This document shows, piece by piece, positions 59,034 to 64,000 of a stretch of DNA of 64,000 nucleotides (its first letter is position 1; every line of letters begins with the position of its first letter). Below the pieces are notes generated by a model. It saw only the letters and a program-made list of their open reading frames with translations, ran no database searches and had not been told where the DNA came from. The translations under genes were made by a program, and so were the position numbers. Source of the stretch: Planctomycetota bacterium (GTDB lineage: Bacteria > Planctomycetota > Planctomycetia > JALXBF01); assembly GCA_026991575.1 (NCBI GenBank), contig JALXBF010000116.1, positions 64,495-128,494 of the forward strand. The letters run 5' to 3'.

Positions 59034-60323
59034 CTAACCCGCAAAAAGCAGCCTTAGCAACAAGCGGAGCGCTTCTGCACGGGGCGCCACCAGTACCCAC
59101 AGCTCGGGCCACGCCAGTACCACGGTCACGGCGGCCGCTGCCAGGAACGGCCCGAGCGGGATCTCGCGCTCGCCAAACAAGATGAACCGCACGAGGCTGA
59201 AGCCGATCGCATAGAACGGTGCGATGAAGAACGCCAGCACTGCAGCTTGCCAGCCGAGCAGACTGCCCACCGCAGCCATGAGCGTCACATCGCCAAAGCC
59301 AAGCGCCTCGCGGGCAAGCCAGGGGGCAAATGCCATCCAGGGCTGGGTCGGGTCGGCCCCTGTTAGGATTACCCGAAACACGTCTGCCTGACTGGGAATC
59401 AAGTCCCGCCGGTACACACGGCCCTGCACACGGCGCCGTCTCAGCCACTGCCGTGCCCGCCACGCCAGCAGGCATCGCTTCAATTGCAAGTAGCCGTTGC
59501 CGAGCAGCCTGAACGACCAAACCGATGCCGCCCCTCCGAGCAGGCCGAGCACCCACGTCCACCACCCATTCCACTGTCCTACCGTCAGCAGTACCTCGGG
59601 CACCGCCCCGAACCGCCGCCAGCAAACGACGTAGGCTGCCAGATACAGCGCCAGCGCAGCCCAGGCGGTGAGCATGACCAGGTCGGCCGGGCCGACGAAT
59701 CGGGGGATTGTGCGCCGCCGCCATAAGAAAACGGCCCAGTGCAGGCAGCCCACTGCGAGGGCCACGACCAGTGCCGTGAACCAGCGGCGGGCCGTCGGAG
59801 TCCAGGCATCCAGCATCGGCACGATCGACTGCACCGTGCGCAGCGGGACGTCCGGGACGAGCAGGCAGAACAACAGGCCGGCGACCATCAGGGGCACCGT
59901 GACACTGTCTGGAATAACCAGGTACCGCAGGTCGATTGCGCTGGCAACGATGAGTCCGCTAAAGAGGATGCCGTGAGCGAGGAACCTGGCCAGGCTGGCC
60001 CCGCCCTCGGCGGGATCGATCACGTCGCGCCAGAAAGCGGCCAGCCACAGCAAACCGCTAAGCAATTCAACGAGCGGATAGCGCAGCGGTATCGGCTCGC
60101 CACAGTGTCGGCACCGGCCGCGGAGGAACAGGTACGAGAGAATCGGAATGTTCTCGTACCAGCGGATCGGCTCCTGACAACGCGGGCAGTGCGACGGTGG
60201 CCAGAGAATGCTTAGGCCGGCCGGGATCCGGTAGATGCACACGTTCAGGAAACTGCCGATGCACGTTCCACCGGCGAATACCACCAGCAGCCAGTACCAA
60301 GTTGGCAGCGTCGCTTCGATCAC
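59034..60323 (-). CDS. pilD: prepilin peptidase (A24 family) with a large insertion
   Basis: The N-terminal tetra-Cys Zn motif is CPRCQ...CRHCG. The first catalytic Asp context is AIDLRYLVIPD and the second is ALGFGDVTLM (GxGDV[KT]L). The two are separated by about 200 aa of extra TM helices, compared with about 60 aa in canonical PilD. Confidence 0.8.
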   Translation of the reverse strand: MIEATLPTWYWLLVVFAGGTCIGSFLNVCIYRIPAGLSILWPPSHCPRCQEPIRWYENIPILSYLFLRGRCRHCGEPIPLRYPLVELLSGLLWLAAFWRDVIDPAEGGASLARFLAHGILFSGLIVASAIDLRYLVIPDSVTVPLMVAGLLFCLLVPDVPLRTVQSIVPMLDAWTPTARRWFTALVVALAVGCLHWAVFLWRRRTIPRFVGPADLVMLTAWAALALYLAAYVVCWRRFGAVPEVLLTVGQWNGWWTWVLGLLGGAASVWSFRLLGNGYLQLKRCLLAWRARQWLRRRRVQGRVYRRDLIPSQADVFRVILTGADPTQPWMAFAPWLAREALGFGDVTLMAAVGSLLGWQAAVLAFFIAPFYAIGFSLVRFILFGEREIPLGPFLAAAAVTVVLAWPELWVLVAPRAEALRLLLRLLFAG

Positions 60324-60889
60324 CGTCGCACGTCGTTCTTAGCTCGAGGCCCGGGGCACGGCAGGGCGTGCAGCCATGCCACAATGCGGCCAGCCACCTG
60401 TTCGACCGGTAATTCGTCGGTGTCGATCGTCAGCTTAGCAACCTCACGGTACAGCGGCTCACGGACCCGCAGCAGCGTTCGGATCTCGTCAAGCATGTCT
60501 AGCTCGGTCAGCGGAGGCCGGTCATCCGCGGACTGGCTGTCGGCTTGTAGTCGGGCGAGGATAACCTCCGGTCGAGCACGGAGCCAGACGACCGGCAGCG
60601 GGGCGAGCAGCGCCCGGTTCTCGGCCCTCAGCACGACACCGCCTCCTGTGGCGATGACCGCGGCCGTGGTACCCAGCAGCTCCCTCAGCAGCTCGGCTTC
60701 GCGCTTCCGGAAGCCGCTTTCCCCTTCTTCGGCGAAGATCTCCCGGATGGTCTTCCCCGCGCGCCGGACAATGAGCCGGTCCGTGTCGACCCAGGGCCAG
60801 CCGAGCGACTGGGCCACGAGCGGCGCTACGGAGCTCTTGCCCGTGCAGCGGTAGCCGACGAGCACCACAGGGCACTTGCCCACCGTCAC
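60320..60889 (-). CDS. aroK: shikimate kinase
   Basis: It has the Walker A motif GYRCTGKSS followed by DTD, and is 189 aa. The start overlaps the aroDE stop. Confidence 0.85.
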   Translation of the reverse strand: MTVGKCPVVLVGYRCTGKSSVAPLVAQSLGWPWVDTDRLIVRRAGKTIREIFAEEGESGFRKREAELLRELLGTTAAVIATGGGVVLRAENRALLAPLPVVWLRARPEVILARLQADSQSADDRPPLTELDMLDEIRTLLRVREPLYREVAKLTIDTDELPVEQVAGRIVAWLHALPCPGPRAKNDVRR

Positions 60890-62388
60890 GACTCGCTCCG
60901 AGTAAAAGCTGATAGGGAAAGCTCCTTGCGGGCCACCTCCAGCATCAATTCCTCGGGCGCCTCCTCCTGAGTGAAGAGCTGGAACTGCAGCACGGCCTGC
61001 TTAATGAACATCTCCAGGCCGGTGATCACACGGCATCCGCGTGCCCGCGCTTCCTTGATGAGCAACGTATTCTCGGGGTGGTACACGGTGTCGAAGACCA
61101 CCATCCCCTCCTCCAGAAACCCCGGTGAGACAGGAATCTCGTCGACGTTGGGGAACATACCGATCGGGGTGCAGTTGATGAGTACGTCGCAGGGTACCGC
61201 AGTGCGCTGCTGCCAGCTGACATGCCTGGCGCCCGCTTCGCGTGCAAGCGCCTCGGCACGCTCGAGCGTACGGCCGCAGACCGTCACAAACGCGCCGCGT
61301 CGCACCAGACCGAACACCACGGCACGCGCCACCCCCCCTGCCCCCAGTACCAGCACCCTACGGCCACTGAAAGGCTTCGCCTCGCCCAGCTCGGCACCCA
61401 GCTTTGCCTCCAGCAGCATCATTGCCGCGCGGTAGTCCGTGTTGTGTCCTTCCCAGGCACCGTCACGGCGGACCAGCGTATTGAGCGCGCGGACCATCTT
61501 CACGGCACCATCGGCATACTGCACTCGAGCCACCGCTGACTCTTTGTGTGGGATCGTCACGCTGAAGCCCTGGATCCGGAGCGGTTCAACATCGTCCAGG
61601 AACGTCTGGAACTGCTGGCGCGTCACCCGAAACGGCACATATACGGCGTTGACGCCGACCTCTCGAAACGCCGCGTTGTGCACGTGCGGACTTAGACTGT
61701 GGCCCACCGGGTCGCCGATCACGGCGTAGATGCGGGTGTCCTGGTTGAGGCGGTTGAAGTGATAAACGTCCTTCATCTCGCGGAACGTCAACTGTCCTGG
61801 GGCCAGCCGCCGCTGCGGGTTGAAGGCAGCGTAGGTGAAGGGGGCGCCGAAGATTCCGCAAAGAATACGGCTCGGAATGCCAAAGTCGCCCATACAGAAC
61901 GCGATCGTCGGCACAGAGCTCTTGCGAATCAATTCAAGGACTCGCACGTTGTCGCGCGGGTGCTCAGCCAGCGTGACGATCTTGATGATGTCTGGATCGA
62001 GCGACTGCAGGTGACGGTGGATGATGTCGAGATTCTCAGGCGTGGTCTCGAAGTTGTGGTAACTGATGATCCGCTTCGTCTTGCCGTAGCGAGGAATCTC
62101 GTCGGCAATGTCGGCTTCCAGATCGACGTAGTCGACACCTTCGGCAATCGCCGTCCGCAAGATGAGCTGTCGCTGGTCCTCTTTGCCCGCGAATCGGCCG
62201 CCCTCCGAGCCGCGACGGCACGTGATAACCACCGGCACAGGCCGCTCGGCCAGTAGCCGCCGGAAATCGGGCGGCCGACGGAGGTAGTCCAGGCGAAGCT
62301 CAACCAGATCAGCCCCCTGCTTGGCCGCCTCCTTGTATTCGGCAATCATCATCTTGTGCCGCGTTCGGGCGATCGAAACGCAAATCAT
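60886..62388 (-). CDS. aroDE: bifunctional 3-dehydroquinate dehydratase (type I) / shikimate 5-dehydrogenase
   Basis: The N-terminal type I DHQase reads VELRLDYL...VITCRRGSEGG with the catalytic Lys region. The C-terminal AroE has SLSPHVHNAAF and an NADP Rossmann motif (VLGAGGVARAV). It is 500 aa. Confidence 0.85.
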   Translation of the reverse strand: MICVSIARTRHKMMIAEYKEAAKQGADLVELRLDYLRRPPDFRRLLAERPVPVVITCRRGSEGGRFAGKEDQRQLILRTAIAEGVDYVDLEADIADEIPRYGKTKRIISYHNFETTPENLDIIHRHLQSLDPDIIKIVTLAEHPRDNVRVLELIRKSSVPTIAFCMGDFGIPSRILCGIFGAPFTYAAFNPQRRLAPGQLTFREMKDVYHFNRLNQDTRIYAVIGDPVGHSLSPHVHNAAFREVGVNAVYVPFRVTRQQFQTFLDDVEPLRIQGFSVTIPHKESAVARVQYADGAVKMVRALNTLVRRDGAWEGHNTDYRAAMMLLEAKLGAELGEAKPFSGRRVLVLGAGGVARAVVFGLVRRGAFVTVCGRTLERAEALAREAGARHVSWQQRTAVPCDVLINCTPIGMFPNVDEIPVSPGFLEEGMVVFDTVYHPENTLLIKEARARGCRVITGLEMFIKQAVLQFQLFTQEEAPEELMLEVARKELSLSAFTRSES

Positions 62389-62485
62389 TGCGGAACCGCT
62401 CCGAAGGGATGATCTGCAAGACGAATCGACGGATCCCTAAATCATAGGTCACCGCCCCAGCCGCTATGTGGCACCGGCAGCGCAC

Positions 62486-62518
62486 GAAAAGACGCCACGG
62501 CCTTGAGACCGTGGCGTC
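62486..62518 (-). terminator. intrinsic terminator (perfect 10-bp stem GACGCCACGG/CCGUGGCGUC, 8-nt loop, UUUU)
   Basis: The inverted repeat lies at 62491-62518. On the minus strand it is followed by UUUUC. It sits directly downstream of the repeat-protein gene. Confidence 0.6.
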
Positions 62519-62555
62519 CGCGGCTATGTACTACGAAGGGCTAGGCAAGCATTGG

Positions 62556-63647
62556 CTAGCTACCCGTGCTACAGCCGGCTGCCGGTAGCGGCGGGGTGCA
62601 CGGCAGCGTCGTCGGACAATGGAACCGCGGCAGCGGCACAGCGGTCGGCACCAGGCGCGGCACGTAGTAGGTGTAGCTGCAAGGGACGCGATCAACGACC
62701 ACCCGCGGCACCCGGTACGAAACGGTGTACGGAATCCGTTCGCTGACCACGCGCGGCACCCGCTCCACGACCTCTTCAGTCACGTACCGACACCGCCGCA
62801 CGGGCACTTTGCGGACCACCGTCTGCGGCACCAGCTTGCAGACGCGGTAGGGCACGCGGCAGACGCGCTCTTCGCGCACCCAACGGCACACCCGCACCGG
62901 AATCTTGCGTGTGGCCGTCTCGGCCACCCAACGATACCGTTTCACCGGGATCTTCACCGTCTCGGTCACGGGCACGTAGCGGACCACACGCCGCGGCGGA
63001 CATTGCACCTGCTCAAACCGCACCCGGCCTGGCACGTAGGTCGGCAGACCGGTACATGGATCAACGGTCCAGCAGCCCGGTTCCCGCACACAGCGCGTAA
63101 CCACCGGCCCCGGCACCTCCTCCACCACAGGCCGGAATCTTGTGCGACACACCTCCCGCTCCACCGTCTCCTCAACTAACCGCCACGTTGTGAACTGCTC
63201 TTCCCGCTCGACCGTCTCCCACACCGGCCGGAGCACGGTGTAACGGTACTCACGCTCCCGCTCCTCCACAACCTGGCGCCAGACGGTCTCCTTGACCTCT
63301 CGCTCGTAGGTTTCCCACACCGGACGCTGCACCAGCCGCTTCTGCTCGACGTACTCGGTGCGGTAAACGGTACGGTAACAGACCCGCTGAATGGTCTGCC
63401 ACTCGGTGCGAAACACGGTGCGATAGAACGTCACGGTGCGAGGCTCCCAGCGGAGGCTTAGCCAGGGCAAGGACGGCTGGGGGCAAGCGGTCGCGGTCGG
63501 CCGCCAGCCAGACAGGCAGCATGTCTGGCGCACGCCACTGGTCCCCTCAAGCATGGTCGTACCGAAGTAGCTGGCTCCGGCGGGCCGAGCCGCCGCGACG
63601 ACCAGCACTCCGGCCAGCAACCCGATCCACATCACTCTCCGCTGCAT
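62556..63647 (-). CDS. secreted Arg/Val/Thr/Glu-rich tandem-repeat protein, unknown function
   Basis: A signal peptide (MQRRVMWIGLLAGVLVVAAARPAGA) is followed by about 300 aa of degenerate short repeats, [RT]-x-V-x-R-x-V-P/E (for example RPVWETVEREEQ, YRTVYRTEYVEQ, RKVPVRRCRYVTEEVVERVPRVVSERIPYTVSYRVPRVVVDRVP), with regularly spaced Cys. Confidence 0.6.
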   Translation of the reverse strand: MQRRVMWIGLLAGVLVVAAARPAGASYFGTTMLEGTSGVRQTCCLSGWRPTATACPQPSLPWLSLRWEPRTVTFYRTVFRTEWQTIQRVCYRTVYRTEYVEQKRLVQRPVWETYEREVKETVWRQVVEEREREYRYTVLRPVWETVEREEQFTTWRLVEETVEREVCRTRFRPVVEEVPGPVVTRCVREPGCWTVDPCTGLPTYVPGRVRFEQVQCPPRRVVRYVPVTETVKIPVKRYRWVAETATRKIPVRVCRWVREERVCRVPYRVCKLVPQTVVRKVPVRRCRYVTEEVVERVPRVVSERIPYTVSYRVPRVVVDRVPCSYTYYVPRLVPTAVPLPRFHCPTTLPCTPPLPAAGCSTGS

Positions 63648-64000
63648 CGGCCGCAGCCTCCCAAAGAAAAGCCAGAAGTCGCCTCAGAACCGCATTCCGC
63701 TCGATTCTAGCTCGCCGCAATCCCTGCCCCGCCGGCGCCCGCAGTCCAAATTCGACCGGCGAGACCGACCGTAGCTCCTGTGCCGGTTGCGTAAGTGGCG
63801 CGGCCAGGACAGCGCAGGCAAGCTGCTCAGCGGGGGACACCGGTGAGGGCAGCAATAGAATGCAACAGGTCGGCGTCTCAATCCGAACCGGGTTACCGAG
63901 AGCGACCATGGCGCAGGAACCAGATCGGCCAGCGAGCCGCCAAGAGCAGCCTCCAGAGCCCGTCGCCGAAGACACGGTCTCTGCCGCTACGGCGCGTGGC

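Noticed and set aside
63547-63975. 142-aa minus-strand ORF at the window edge
   Set aside because: It overlaps the start of the repeat-protein gene, has low-complexity translation, and has no motif. It is probably upstream non-coding sequence or an artifact.

Overview
This is a high-GC (about 65%) bacterial chromosomal window whose gene content points to Planctomycetota. The hallmarks are a DUF1559 'H-X9-DG' prepilin-like protein, a PSD1-type DUF1549/DUF1553 protein paired with DUF1501, a Tat-signal Gfo/Idh/MocA oxidoreductase, a type I 3-dehydroquinate dehydratase (AroD) fused to shikimate dehydrogenase (AroE), and many Tat or lipoprotein signal peptides. About 50 genes are supported, mostly housekeeping (aminotransferase, gltA, purM, lysC, hisS, aroK, aroDE, pstSCAB-phoU, three tRNAs) plus envelope and secreted functions. 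The most notable items are: (1) an apparently intact reverse gyrase (helicase with DDVD motif plus TOPRIM and topoisomerase IA), which suggests a thermophilic lifestyle; (2) a candidate small structured RNA of about 150 nt flanked by a consensus sigma70-type promoter and a hairpin with a T-tract, in the lysC/DUF1559 intergenic region; (3) two lineage-specific secreted proteins of unknown function, one with a glycine-zipper tail next to tRNA-Glu and one Arg/Val/Thr/Glu-rich tandem-repeat protein; (4) a prepilin peptidase with a roughly 200-aa insertion between its catalytic Asp motifs; (5) a pair consisting of an SbcD/Mre11-like phosphoesterase and a 1211-aa Rad50/SbcC-like ATPase. No CRISPR array, integrase or transposase was found. 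Many long ORFs in the six-frame track are GC-driven antisense artifacts.
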